Position numbers and translations under genes: made by a program. A stretch of 64,000 nucleotides of DNA from Limibaculum sp. (GTDB taxonomy: Bacteria; Pseudomonadota; Alphaproteobacteria; Rhodobacterales; Rhodobacteraceae): positions 120,827 to 184,826 of the forward strand of contig JBDIVM010000006.1 in NCBI GenBank assembly GCA_039805905.1, written 5' to 3'. The notes beneath the pieces are model-generated. The model made no database searches. It was given only the letters and a program-made list of their open reading frames with translations, and was not told where the DNA came from. The number at the start of each line of letters is the position of its first letter. Position 1 is the stretch's first letter. Shown one piece after another: positions 43,127-53,177 of this stretch.

Positions 43127-44401
43127 ATGAAAGCTCTGGAAGGCGTCCGGATCCTCGACTTCACCCATGTCCAGTCGGGCCCGACCTGCACCCAGCTCCT
43201 CGCCTGGCTCGGCGCCGACGTCATCAAGGTCGAGCGGCCGGGCGAAGGCGACGCGACTCGCAAGCAGCTTGTGGACGTGCCGGGGGCCGACAGCCTCTAT
43301 TTCACCATGCTGAACCACAACAAGCGGTCGATCGAGCTGAACTCGAAGAACGAGACCGGCAAGGAGGTCCTGACCCGGCTGGTCAGGGCCTGCGACGTGC
43401 TGGTCGAGAACTTCGCCCCGGGCGCCCTCGACCGCATGGGCTTCGGCTGGGAGGTGATCCAGAAGCTCAACCCGCGCATGATCATGGCCTCGGTAAAGGG
43501 CTTCGGCCCGGGCAAGTACGAGGACTGCAAGGTCTATGAGAATGTCGCGCAGTGCGCCGGCGGCTCTGCCTCGACCACTGGCTTCCGCGACGGCCTGCCG
43601 CTGGTCACCGGCGCCCAGATCGGCGATTCCGGCACCGGGCTCCACCTGGCGCTTGGCATCGTCGCTGCGCTGTTCCAGCGCGAGAAGACGGGCCGCGGCC
43701 AGAAGGTGCTGGCGGCGATGCAGGACGGTGTCCTGAACCTCTGCCGCGTCAAGCTGCGCGACCAGCAAAGGCTGGAGAAGGGACCGCTGACCGAGTACTC
43801 CCAGTTTGGCGAGGGCATTCCCTTCGGAGACGCGGTGCCCCGCGCCGGCAACGACTCGGGCGGCGGCCAGCCCGGCCGCATCCTGAAGTGCAAGGGCTGG
43901 GAGACCGATCCCAACGCCTACACCTACTTCATCACCCAGGCTGCGGTCTGGGAGAAGGTCTGCGACGTGATCGGCAGGCCCGAGTGGAAGACCGACCCGA
44001 AATTTGCCACCCCAAAGGCGCGGTTGCCGCATCTGAACGAGATATTCAGCGAAATCGAGAAATGGACCATGACCAAGTCCAAGTTCGAGGTCATGGACAT
44101 CTGCAATCCGCTCGATATTCCCGTCGGCCCGATCCTCAGCATGAAGGAGATCGCGGCGGACGAGGGGCTGCGGGCAACCGGCACCATCGTCGAGGTGGAC
44201 CATCCTGAACGCGGGCCCTACCTCAGCGTCGGCATGCCGATCAAGATGTCGGACAGCCCGGCCGAGGTCGTCCGCTCGCCGCTCCTCGGCGAGCACACGG
44301 TCGAGATCCTCTCAGGCGTTCTCGGCTACTCGGCCGAGGACATCGACCGGATCGCTGCCTCGGGCGCAGTCGGCGACATCCGGCGCGCCGCGGCGGAATG
44401 A
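43127..44401 (+). CDS. frc: Formyl-CoA:oxalate CoA-transferase
   Basis: [36 protein letters not shown]. Confidence 0.96.
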   Translation: MKALEGVRILDFTHVQSGPTCTQLLAWLGADVIKVERPGEGDATRKQLVDVPGADSLYFTMLNHNKRSIELNSKNETGKEVLTRLVRACDVLVENFAPGALDRMGFGWEVIQKLNPRMIMASVKGFGPGKYEDCKVYENVAQCAGGSASTTGFRDGLPLVTGAQIGDSGTGLHLALGIVAALFQREKTGRGQKVLAAMQDGVLNLCRVKLRDQQRLEKGPLTEYSQFGEGIPFGDAVPRAGNDSGGGQPGRILKCKGWETDPNAYTYFITQAAVWEKVCDVIGRPEWKTDPKFATPKARLPHLNEIFSEIEKWTMTKSKFEVMDICNPLDIPVGPILSMKEIAADEGLRATGTIVEVDHPERGPYLSVGMPIKMSDSPAEVVRSPLLGEHTVEILSGVLGYSAEDIDRIAASGAVGDIRRAAAE

Positions 44402-44495
44402 CCGGCGGCCGCGCGACTCGCGCCGGGCCGTACCGCACGGAACAGAACGAGCGCCGGCCGGGCCGGGCGCCAGAGAGAGAGGGAGGACAGGCGGC

Positions 44496-45416
44496 ATGCG
44501 CCTCATCGTCAACGGACAGCAGGCCTTCGGCAAGGCGGCACTCGAGAAGATCCTCGAGGCCGGCAGGGACGAGGTGGTCGGCGTCTACACCGCACCCGAC
44601 AAGGACGGCCGCCCCGTCGACCCGCTGAAGGAGGCCGCGCTCGCCCACGGCCTGCCGGTGTTCCAGCCGGCGAACTACAAGGACGGCGAGGCCCTCGACC
44701 AGATGCGCGCGCTGGACGCCGACCTGATGGTCATGGCCTACATGATCATCTTCGTGCCCGAGGAGGCGCGGAACGTGCCCAGGCTCGGCTCGATCTGCTT
44801 CCACCCGTCGCTCCTGCCGCTGCACCGCGGCCCGTCCTCGATCAACTGGCCGATCATCTGGGGTGCGACGAAGACGGGCTTCTCGTGGTTCTACCCGACC
44901 GACGGGCTCGACGAGGGCGACATCCTGATGCAGTGGGAGTGCCCGATCGGCCCGGACGAGACGCTGGGGGATGTCTATTTCAAGAAGATCTTCCCCGCCG
45001 GCGTCGACTCCGTCCTCACGGTCTGCGATCTCTTCCGCGCCGGCAACCCGCCGCGCGCGCCGCAGGACGAGTCGAAGGCGACCTACGAGAGCTGGTGCCG
45101 CAAGCGGGACGCCGCGATCGACTGGGCAAGGCCGGCAGCCGATGTCTACAACCTGATCCGGGGCTGCAATCCGCAGCCCGGCGCCTGGACGACGCTCGGC
45201 GGGGCCGAGGTCCAGGTCTTCGACAGCGCCCGCGCGGGCGAGGGCCCCGGCACGCCCGGCGAGGTCGCATCCGTGTCCGCGGATGGCGTGGTTGTGCAGT
45301 CGGGCGGCGGGCGAATACTTCTAAAACGTGTCCGGCCCGCGGGCGGGGGCAAGGTGCCCGCCGCGGAATGGGCTTCGGAGGCAGGGGTCGCCGCGGGCAC
45401 GCGGCTCGGCTCCTGA
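44496..45416 (+). CDS. Formyltransferase-family protein resembling the N-terminal domain of 10-formyl-THF dehydrogenase (ALDH1L1)
   Basis: [55 protein letters not shown]. Confidence 0.8.
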   Translation: MRLIVNGQQAFGKAALEKILEAGRDEVVGVYTAPDKDGRPVDPLKEAALAHGLPVFQPANYKDGEALDQMRALDADLMVMAYMIIFVPEEARNVPRLGSICFHPSLLPLHRGPSSINWPIIWGATKTGFSWFYPTDGLDEGDILMQWECPIGPDETLGDVYFKKIFPAGVDSVLTVCDLFRAGNPPRAPQDESKATYESWCRKRDAAIDWARPAADVYNLIRGCNPQPGAWTTLGGAEVQVFDSARAGEGPGTPGEVASVSADGVVVQSGGGRILLKRVRPAGGGKVPAAEWASEAGVAAGTRLGS

Positions 45417-45448
45417 TGGCGCGGAAACACTACTCGGGGAAAATCTGC

Positions 45449-47116
45449 ATGTCGGACATCGAAATCGCCCGCAACGCAAACAAGAAGCCGATCCAGGAGA
45501 TCGGGGCAAAGCTGGGAATCCCCGGCGAGCATCTCCTGCCGTTCGGCCATGACAAGGCCAAGGTCTCGGCCGATTTCATTCAGTCAATTCAGGGCAACAA
45601 GACCGGCAACCTGATCCTGGTCACTGCGATGACACCGACCCCGGCGGGAGAGGGCAAGACCACCACTACCGTCGGCCTTGGCGACGGGCTCAATGCGATC
45701 GGCAAGAAGGCCGTGGTGTGCATCCGCGAGGCCTCGCTCGGGCCGAACTTCGGCATGAAGGGCGGCGCGGCAGGCGGCGGTTATGCCCAGGTGGTGCCGA
45801 TGGAGGATATGAACCTCCACTTTACCGGCGACTTCCATGCGGTCACCTCGGCGCACAACCTGCTCTCGGCGATGATCGACAACCACATCTACTGGGGCAA
45901 TGCACTCGACATTGACACCCGCCGGGTAGTCTGGCGCCGGGTGATGGACATGAACGACCGGGCGCTGCGCGAGATCGTCTGCTCGCTCGGCGGTGTGGCC
46001 AACGGCTTTCCGCGCGAAGCCGGCTTCGACATCACGGTGGCCTCCGAGGTGATGGCGATACTCTGCCTTTCCACCGACCTGAAGGACCTGCAGCAGCGCT
46101 TGGGCGACATCATCGTGGCCTACCGCCGCGATCGCTCGCCCGTCACCTGCCGAGACGTCAAGGCCGACGGGGCGATGGCGGTGCTCCTGAAGGACGCGCT
46201 GCAGCCGAACCTCGTGCAGACGCTCGAGAACAGCCCTGCCTTCGTCCATGGCGGCCCGTTCGCCAACATCGCCCATGGCTGCAACTCGGTCATGGCCACC
46301 ACGACGGCGCTGAAGCTCGCCGACTATGTGGTGACCGAGGCCGGGTTCGGCGCCGACCTCGGAGCCGAGAAGTTCTTCGACATCAAGTGCCGCATGGCCG
46401 GGCTGAAGCCGAAGGCGGTGGTGATCGTGGCGACCATCCGGGCGCTCAAGATGCATGGCGGGGTCAAGAAGGAGGATCTCGGCAAGGGGAACGTCGAGGC
46501 GCTGCAGAAGGGCTGCGCCAATCTCGGCCGCCACCTCGAGAACCTGAAGCAGTTCGGCGTTCCGGCCATCGTCGCGATCAACCACTTCGTTGCCGACACC
46601 GACGCCGAGATCGACGCGCTGAAGAGCTATGTGACGTCCCAAGGCGCCGACGCCGTGTTGTGTCAGCATTGGGCGAAGGGCTCTGAGGGGATCAAGGACC
46701 TTGCCCACAAGGTGGTCAGGCTGGTCGAGGCCAACACCTCGCAGTTCGCACCGCTATACCCGGACGAGATGGGCCTGTTCCAGAAGATCGAGACCATCGC
46801 CAAGCGCATCTACCGCGCCGACGAGGTAGTGGCCGACAAGAAGATCCGCGACCAGCTGAAGGAATGGGAGGAGGCCGGTTTTGCCGGGCTGCCGGTCTGC
46901 ATGGCCAAGACCCAGTATTCCTTCACCACCGACCCGAGCCGCCGCGGCGCGCCAACCGGTCACAGTCTGCCGGTGCGCGAGGTCCGGCTCTCGGCCGGCG
47001 CCGGCTTCGTCGTGGTGATCTGCGGCGAGATCATGACCATGCCGGGCCTGCCCAGAGTTCCGGCCGCCGAGACCATCTGCCTGAACGAGTCAGGCCAGAT
47101 CGAGGGCCTGTTCTAG
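45449..47116 (+). CDS. fhs: Formate--tetrahydrofolate ligase
   Basis: [50 protein letters not shown]. Confidence 0.97.
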   Translation: MSDIEIARNANKKPIQEIGAKLGIPGEHLLPFGHDKAKVSADFIQSIQGNKTGNLILVTAMTPTPAGEGKTTTTVGLGDGLNAIGKKAVVCIREASLGPNFGMKGGAAGGGYAQVVPMEDMNLHFTGDFHAVTSAHNLLSAMIDNHIYWGNALDIDTRRVVWRRVMDMNDRALREIVCSLGGVANGFPREAGFDITVASEVMAILCLSTDLKDLQQRLGDIIVAYRRDRSPVTCRDVKADGAMAVLLKDALQPNLVQTLENSPAFVHGGPFANIAHGCNSVMATTTALKLADYVVTEAGFGADLGAEKFFDIKCRMAGLKPKAVVIVATIRALKMHGGVKKEDLGKGNVEALQKGCANLGRHLENLKQFGVPAIVAINHFVADTDAEIDALKSYVTSQGADAVLCQHWAKGSEGIKDLAHKVVRLVEANTSQFAPLYPDEMGLFQKIETIAKRIYRADEVVADKKIRDQLKEWEEAGFAGLPVCMAKTQYSFTTDPSRRGAPTGHSLPVREVRLSAGAGFVVVICGEIMTMPGLPRVPAAETICLNESGQIEGLF

Positions 47117-47127
47117 GGAGATAGACC

Positions 47128-47988
47128 ATGTTGATCGCCCGGATCATGGTTCCCGTTCGCGGCGACGGCAAGGGAGAGAACGTCCTCTCCCACGCCGCCG
47201 CGGTCGCCCGGCGCCACAATGCCCATATCGAGGCAGTGCACTGCCGGGCCCGGCCGCAGGACATGATCCCCTACGGGGTCGTGGTCCCGCGCGCGCTCAG
47301 GGAGCAGATCGCGGCCCAGGCGGTCGAGCTTGCAGATGCCGAGGAGGCCAGGCTGCAGGGGATGTTCCGCGACCTGGTAGCGCGGCTCGGCATCGAACTG
47401 GTCTCGGACGGCATCCCGTCCCGCGACCGCCCCACCGCAAGCTGGCGCGAGGAGCAGGGCAAGCAGATGGACGTGATCCGGCGCCACGGCCGCCTCGCCG
47501 ACCTGGTGGCGGTGGCCAAGCCTGACCGCGACCGAAATCTCGGCCTCAACACCCTGAAGGCAGCGCTGTTCCATACCGGGCGGCCGGTGCTGGTCTGCCC
47601 GCCGGCGGACCGGGTGCCCGACCAGATCGGCCGGAGGGTCGCGATTGCCTGGAACGGCTCGACCGAGGCCGCCAGGGCGGTCGCGCTCGCACTGCCGCTG
47701 ATCCAGGCGGCAGACGAGGTGGTGGTGCTCGACGGTGGCGGCGAGGACGGTGCCGGCGGCGAGGAACTCATGCACTACCTCGCGATTCGCGGGATCGCGG
47801 CCCGCCGCGAGCGGATCGACGCGCAGAACCATCCCGGCCGGGTGATCCTGCAGGCCGCGGCGGCGGCCGGGGCGGATATCCTGGTGATGGGCGCCTACAG
47901 CCGCAGCCGCGAGCAGGAAACCGTGTTCGGAGGGGCAACCCAGCACGTGGTCGACCATATGACCATGCCGGTCGTGATGGTGCACTGA
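47128..47988 (+). CDS. Tandem-domain universal stress protein
   Basis: IAWNGSTEAARA, LVMGAYSRSR, GGATQHV. Confidence 0.88.
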   Translation: MLIARIMVPVRGDGKGENVLSHAAAVARRHNAHIEAVHCRARPQDMIPYGVVVPRALREQIAAQAVELADAEEARLQGMFRDLVARLGIELVSDGIPSRDRPTASWREEQGKQMDVIRRHGRLADLVAVAKPDRDRNLGLNTLKAALFHTGRPVLVCPPADRVPDQIGRRVAIAWNGSTEAARAVALALPLIQAADEVVVLDGGGEDGAGGEELMHYLAIRGIAARRERIDAQNHPGRVILQAAAAAGADILVMGAYSRSREQETVFGGATQHVVDHMTMPVVMVH

Positions 47989-48058
47989 AGCGGTTTTTTC
48001 CGTGCCGTGGCGGCGATCTCTGTTGATTTTTCACCCGCCGCTTATAGGATCAGGTGTG

Positions 48059-48070
48059 TGGTATACCACG
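48059..48070. promoter_or_regulatory. Putative GntR operator (copy 2)
   Basis: (G)TGGTATACCACG just downstream of a candidate TTGATT-N16-TAGGAT promoter (48023-48050) for tctC. Confidence 0.75.
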
Positions 48071-48209
48071 GGAAGGGGCTGCAAACGAAAAGAAGCAGAA
48101 CGCGGTCGGCAGTTCGATACTGCTGAACAAGACCCGCGGCAGGAGGAAGGGAACATCGGGTGTTCCGCCCCATCGCTGGGGAGCGTGCCATAAACCATGG
48201 GAGGATGAG

Positions 48210-49178
48210 ATGGCATTCACACGTCGATTGATGATGGCGGCAAGCGCTGCCGTAATCGGCTTCGCCGGGCTGACCGGCGTCGCACAGGCCTGGGAGCCGA
48301 CGAAGCCGATCGACTTCGTCATCATGGCCGGCCCGGGTGGCGGCGCGGACCAGATCGCGCGCTTCATCCAGTCTGTCGTCGAGAAGAACGGCATGTCGCC
48401 GCGTCCGCTGGTGCCGAACAACAAGGGCGGCGGGTCGGGCGCCGAGGCGCTGATCGCGCTGAAGGGTGCATCCGATCCGGATCACACGATCCTGGTGACG
48501 CTGAACTCGTTCTTCACCACGCCGCTGCGCCAGCCGAACCTCGGCATCGACATCATGACCTTCACGCCCATCCAGATGATGGGGGTCGATCCCTTCGTCC
48601 TCTGGGTCCACAAGGACTCGGGCATCACCAGCTTCGAGCAGTGGGTCGATACGGTGAAGGCCGAGGGCGGCAACTACGTGATGGGCGGAACCGGCAAGGG
48701 TCAGGAAGACTCGATCGTGATCGCCTGGCTCGAGAAGAACTACGACATCAAGGTCAAGTACATCCCCTACAAGGGCGGCGGCGCCGTGGCCAAGGATCTC
48801 GCCGGCAAGCAGGTGGGCGCGACGGTGAACAATCCGGCCGAGGCTCGCGGCTTCTACCAGTCCGGCGATGTCGTTCCGCTGATCGCGTTCTCGGACCAGC
48901 GGCTGCCGAACCTGCCGGACGTGCGCACGGTGAAGGAACTCGGCAAGGACTTCAGCTACTACAACCAGCGTGCCATCGTGGGCGCCCCCGGCATGTCGGC
49001 TGATGCCGCTGCCTTCTACCAGGATCTCTTCGGCAAGGTTGCGGCCTCGGCCGAGTGGCAGGGCTATCTCAGCTCCGAGAGCCTCGAGGCGCTGACGCTC
49101 GATCCCGAGCAGCAGAAGGCCTACTGGGCGACCCAGGTCGAGCGGCACAAGGAGCTGTTCAAGGACATGGGCGAGTAA
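48210..49178 (+). CDS. tctC: Tripartite tricarboxylate transporter substrate-binding protein (Bug/TctC)
   Basis: Signal peptide; GPGGGAD..AR, NKGGGSG, PYKGGG. Confidence 0.9.
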   Translation: MAFTRRLMMAASAAVIGFAGLTGVAQAWEPTKPIDFVIMAGPGGGADQIARFIQSVVEKNGMSPRPLVPNNKGGGSGAEALIALKGASDPDHTILVTLNSFFTTPLRQPNLGIDIMTFTPIQMMGVDPFVLWVHKDSGITSFEQWVDTVKAEGGNYVMGGTGKGQEDSIVIAWLEKNYDIKVKYIPYKGGGAVAKDLAGKQVGATVNNPAEARGFYQSGDVVPLIAFSDQRLPNLPDVRTVKELGKDFSYYNQRAIVGAPGMSADAAAFYQDLFGKVAASAEWQGYLSSESLEALTLDPEQQKAYWATQVERHKELFKDMGE

Positions 49179-49207
49179 GGACAGCCAATCCAGGGGAGGG
49201 CCGGCAG

Positions 49208-49732
49208 ATGCGTCGCGCTGAGATCATCACGGCCGGGGTGCTGGCCCTCTTTTCGCTCTACGTCATGTGGAAGGCCGGCCAGCCGGCATGGGAGGGTGTC
49301 GCCAGATGGAGCAACATCACCTATGTCAGCGGTGAAGGCCCGGGATCCGGCTTCTGGCCGTTCTGGCTGGCTGCCGTCATGCTGGGCTGCACGGTCTGGA
49401 TCGCCGTGAACTGGTGGCGGCGGGCCTCCCCGCTGTCGCGCTCCGGCGAGCGGTTCCTCGACGATCACGGCATAGGCATGCTGATCAAGGTCGGGGGCGG
49501 GGTCCTGGCGCTGATCGGGCTCAACCACATCGTCGGGATGTACGGCGCGATGGCGCTGTTCCTGTTCTACTACCTCTATTTCCTCGGCCGGCACCGGATC
49601 GGCCTGTCGCTCGCGATCGCGCTCGGGGCGCCGGTCGCCACGTTCTTCTTCTTCGATGTCGCGATGCGGATCGTGCTGCCGAAGGGCTATCTCGAGCCGC
49701 TCTTCATCCCGCTCTACGACATCTTCCTCTGA
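49208..49732 (+). CDS. tctB: Tripartite tricarboxylate transporter small membrane subunit
   Basis: Four TM segments; GPGSGFWP, LPKG; between tctC and tctA. Confidence 0.85.
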   Translation: MRRAEIITAGVLALFSLYVMWKAGQPAWEGVARWSNITYVSGEGPGSGFWPFWLAAVMLGCTVWIAVNWWRRASPLSRSGERFLDDHGIGMLIKVGGGVLALIGLNHIVGMYGAMALFLFYYLYFLGRHRIGLSLAIALGAPVATFFFFDVAMRIVLPKGYLEPLFIPLYDIFL

Positions 49733-49795
49733 TCCAGGGCTTCGTTCCGGGGCCGGCATGCGCAATCCGCCCGCCGATCCCGCCGGGAGACAAAG

Positions 49796-51313
49796 ATGGA
49801 CATCCTCTCGCATCTGATCGATGGCATCCTGACCGCGTTCCAGCCGCTGAACCTGATGATAGTGATCATCGGGGTCACCATCGGCCTGATCATCGGCGCG
49901 ATGCCGGGGCTCGGGTCGGTCAACGGGGTCGCGATCCTGCTGCCGGCCACCTTCCTGGTGCCGCCGACGACGGCGATGATCTTCCTCGCCGCGATCTATT
50001 ACGGGGCGATGTATGGCGGCGCGATCTCGTCGATCACGCTCGGGATACCGGGAGCATCGACGGCGGTTGCCACGGTATTCGACGGTCGGCCGCTGGCGCT
50101 CCAGGGCAAGGCGGACAAGGCGCTGGTCGCGGCGGCGGTCGCCTCCTGCGTCGGCGGCACGGTGGCCAACATCCTGTTTACGGCCTTCGCTCCGCCACTG
50201 GCGCATGTTGCGCTGAGCTTCGGCCCGCCCGAGATCTTCGCGCTGATGCTGCTCGCCTTCGCCACCTTCATCGGCCTCGGCGGCGACGACATCCCGAAGA
50301 CCATCCTCTCGATCTGCCTCGGCCTCGTCCTCGCTACGGTGGGCTTCGACGAGATCTCCGGGGCGCCCCGTCTGGTCTTCTTCGAGATCACCGGCTTCAT
50401 GCACGGCATCAACTTCCTGGTTCTGGCGATCGGGGTCTATGGCATCGGCGAGATGCTGTGGACGATCAACGCGTCCCGCAACGACGTCTCGATGACCTCC
50501 GTCGAGATCGGCGCGCGCCGGATCGTGCTCGCGGCGAAGGAATCCTTCACCGCCTGGCGCGGCATGGCGATCGGCTCCTCGCTCGGGTTCTTCGTCGGCG
50601 TGCTGCCGGCGGCCGGTGCCACGCCCGGCGCGCTGATGGCCTACGGCCTGACCAAGATGACGGCGAAGAACCCGCAGAACTTCGGCAAGGGGGCGCTCAA
50701 CGGCGTGACCGCACCGGAATCCGCGAACAACTCGGCGGCCGCCGGCTCGATGCTGCCGATGATCACGCTCGGCATCCCCGGCTCGCCCACCACTGCAATC
50801 CTGCTCGGCGGCATGGTGATCTGGGGCCTGCAGCCGGGACCGCGGCTCTTCGCTGAGCAGCCCGAGTTCGTCTGGCCCCTGATCGGCTCGCTCTACGTCT
50901 CGAACCTGATGGCGATGGTGATGAACCTGGCGTTCATTCCGATGTTCCTGTGGATGCTGCGGATGCCGTTCACGATCCTCGCGCCGATGATCTTCGTGCT
51001 CTCGGTGGTTGGCGGCTATGCCGCGACGCAGGACATGCACGACGTCTGGCTGATGCTGATTTTCGGGATCGGCGCCTTCTTCCTCAGGATGCTCGACTAC
51101 CCCTTGGCGCCCGCGGTGCTCGCGATCGTGCTGGGCCCGCAGACCGAGGAGTCGCTGCGCCAGTCGCTGCTGATGAGTTCGGGCGATCCCTTGATCTTCG
51201 TCAGCCGGCCGATCGCCGGTCCGATCACCGTGATCGCGCTCATCCTGATCTTCCTGCCCCTCGTCGGCGTCATCCGGCGACGGCTCGGAGCAGGGACGAG
51301 GACGGCGACCTGA
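49796..51313 (+). CDS. tctA: Tripartite tricarboxylate transporter large membrane subunit
   Basis: GAMPGLG, YYGAMYGG, APESANN, LGIPGSPTTA. Confidence 0.95.
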   Translation: MDILSHLIDGILTAFQPLNLMIVIIGVTIGLIIGAMPGLGSVNGVAILLPATFLVPPTTAMIFLAAIYYGAMYGGAISSITLGIPGASTAVATVFDGRPLALQGKADKALVAAAVASCVGGTVANILFTAFAPPLAHVALSFGPPEIFALMLLAFATFIGLGGDDIPKTILSICLGLVLATVGFDEISGAPRLVFFEITGFMHGINFLVLAIGVYGIGEMLWTINASRNDVSMTSVEIGARRIVLAAKESFTAWRGMAIGSSLGFFVGVLPAAGATPGALMAYGLTKMTAKNPQNFGKGALNGVTAPESANNSAAAGSMLPMITLGIPGSPTTAILLGGMVIWGLQPGPRLFAEQPEFVWPLIGSLYVSNLMAMVMNLAFIPMFLWMLRMPFTILAPMIFVLSVVGGYAATQDMHDVWLMLIFGIGAFFLRMLDYPLAPAVLAIVLGPQTEESLRQSLLMSSGDPLIFVSRPIAGPITVIALILIFLPLVGVIRRRLGAGTRTAT

Positions 51314-51389
51314 GCCGGCACCGCCGGAACCCGACGGGGACTGCACGGCGCTGCCGCGCAGCCCCGGACGGTCCGAGGTGCAGCAGCGC

Positions 51390-52367
51390 TCAGACAGCCA
51401 GCAGGATCTTCCCCCTCAGCCCGCCGGCCTCCATCAGGCGGTGCGCCTCGGCCGCCTCGGCCAGCGGCAGCACCGTCTGGGTCACCGCCCGCAGCCTGCC
51501 CGCCGCGAACATCGGCCAGGCCCGCGCCTCGAGATCGGCCGCCACTGCCGTCTTGAACGCGTCCGGCCGCGGCCTGAGCGTCGAGCCGGTGAGCGTGATG
51601 CGCTTCAGCATCACCGGCATCAGATCGATCGCCACCTTCGATCCTGCCCGGAAGGCAAGCTGCACGATCCGGCAGTCCGTCGCCGCGGCCTTGAAGTTGC
51701 GCGCCACATAGTCGCCGCCCATGATGTCGAGAATCATGGAGGCCCCGCCCGAGGCCCGCACCGCCTCGGCGAAATCCTCCTCGCGATAGTTGATCGCCTG
51801 CTCCGCACCCAGCGATTCGCAGAATGCGCAGGACTCCGCCGAGCCCGCGGTCGCGAACACCCGCAGCCCCAGCGCCGCGCCGAGCTGGATCGCCGTCGAG
51901 CCGATTCCTCCACTGCCGCCATGCACGAGGAAGATGCTGCCGGGGGGCGGCGTGTGGCCGAAGAAGAAATTGCTCCAGACGGTGAAGTAGGTCTCGCAGA
52001 GCCCGCCCGCATCGACGAGACCCACGCCCGCCGGCACGGGCAGCACATGCCCCGCCTCGACCGCGACGTACTCGGCATAGCCGCCGCCCTTGGTCAGCGC
52101 GCAGACCTTGTCGCCCGCATTCCAGCGGCGGACCTCCTCCCCGACCGCAGCGATTTCACCCGAGATCTCGAGCCCCGGAAGGTCCGAGGCGCCGGGCGGC
52201 GGTGCGTAGAGCCCCTTGCGCTGCATCACGTCCGGCCCGTTCACGCCTGCCGCTGCAACGCGGATCAGCACCTGGCCGGCACCGGGCTCCGGCACCGGCC
52301 GTTTCGCCGGGCTCAGCACATCCGGCCCGCCTGGCGCGCGGATCTCGATCACCGTCATCTGGGCCAT
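51390..52367 (-). CDS. NADPH:quinone oxidoreductase (PIG3/zeta-crystallin family)
   Basis: AAGVNGPD..QRKG, PGLE, HGGSGGIG, GSTLRPR. Confidence 0.9.
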   Translation of the reverse strand: MAQMTVIEIRAPGGPDVLSPAKRPVPEPGAGQVLIRVAAAGVNGPDVMQRKGLYAPPPGASDLPGLEISGEIAAVGEEVRRWNAGDKVCALTKGGGYAEYVAVEAGHVLPVPAGVGLVDAGGLCETYFTVWSNFFFGHTPPPGSIFLVHGGSGGIGSTAIQLGAALGLRVFATAGSAESCAFCESLGAEQAINYREEDFAEAVRASGGASMILDIMGGDYVARNFKAAATDCRIVQLAFRAGSKVAIDLMPVMLKRITLTGSTLRPRPDAFKTAVAADLEARAWPMFAAGRLRAVTQTVLPLAEAAEAHRLMEAGGLRGKILLAV

Positions 52368-52499
52368 GGCGCTCCCCCCTTCGTTGAAATCTGCCGGGGT
52401 TCCGGTGTAATCGCCGCCGGGGCGGGCTGCAATCGCGGCCCGGCCCGCGATGCGGAAACGCCCTGCCGGCAAACGGTCCGGCGCCCACCGACGAGGCCG

Positions 52500-53177
52500 A
52501 TGATGAGCGACCGGACCGCCGCCGACCTTCCCCAGACTGCTCCGCTGCCGGGATACCTGGTCGATCGCTATCGCGCCTGGCACGGCCGCAGTTTCGTCGA
52601 GAACCGCGCCTGGTATGCCCGCCTCGCCGCCGTGGGCCAGCGGCCCCGCGCCATGGTGATCTCCTGCTGCGACAGCCGTATCGACATCGTCCAGATGTTC
52701 GCGGCCGAGCCCGGCGACCTCTTCGTGCTGCGCAGCGTCGCCAATCTGGTGCCGCCCTTCAGCCCCGACCCGAAGCATCACGGCACCTCGGCAGCGGTCG
52801 AATACGCGGTCAACGTGCTGAAGGTCGCCCATATCGTGGTCGTCGGCCACTCGCACTGCGGCGGCGTCCAGGCCTGCCACGACATGTGCGCCGGTCTCGC
52901 CCCCGAACTCGAGGAGAGGTCCAGCTTCATCGGCCGCTGGATGGACATCCTGCGCCCCGGCTACGCGCATGTCGCGGCCATGGTGCCCGAGAGCAGCGCC
53001 CGCCGGTCGGCGCTCGAGCACGAGGCCGTGCTGACCTCGCTCCGCAACCTCGGCACCTTCCCCTTCGTCGTCGAGGCGGTGGCCGAGGGCCTGCTGACGC
53101 TCCACGGCGCTTTCGTCGAGATCGGCACCGGGGCGCTGCTGGCCTATCGCGACGGCCAGGGCTTCACGCCGGTCTGA
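52500..53177 (+). CDS. Beta-class carbonic anhydrase
   Basis: SCCDSR, GDLFVLRSVANLV, HSHCGG. Confidence 0.93.
   Translation: MMSDRTAADLPQTAPLPGYLVDRYRAWHGRSFVENRAWYARLAAVGQRPRAMVISCCDSRIDIVQMFAAEPGDLFVLRSVANLVPPFSPDPKHHGTSAAVEYAVNVLKVAHIVVVGHSHCGGVQACHDMCAGLAPELEERSSFIGRWMDILRPGYAHVAAMVPESSARRSALEHEAVLTSLRNLGTFPFVVEAVAEGLLTLHGAFVEIGTGALLAYRDGQGFTPV

Noticed and set aside
44496-45416. Annotation as housekeeping methionyl-tRNA formyltransferase (fmt)
   Set aside because: Lacks the N-x-H Asn and the usual GTPEF N-terminal motif, is not next to def, and sits in an oxalate operon.
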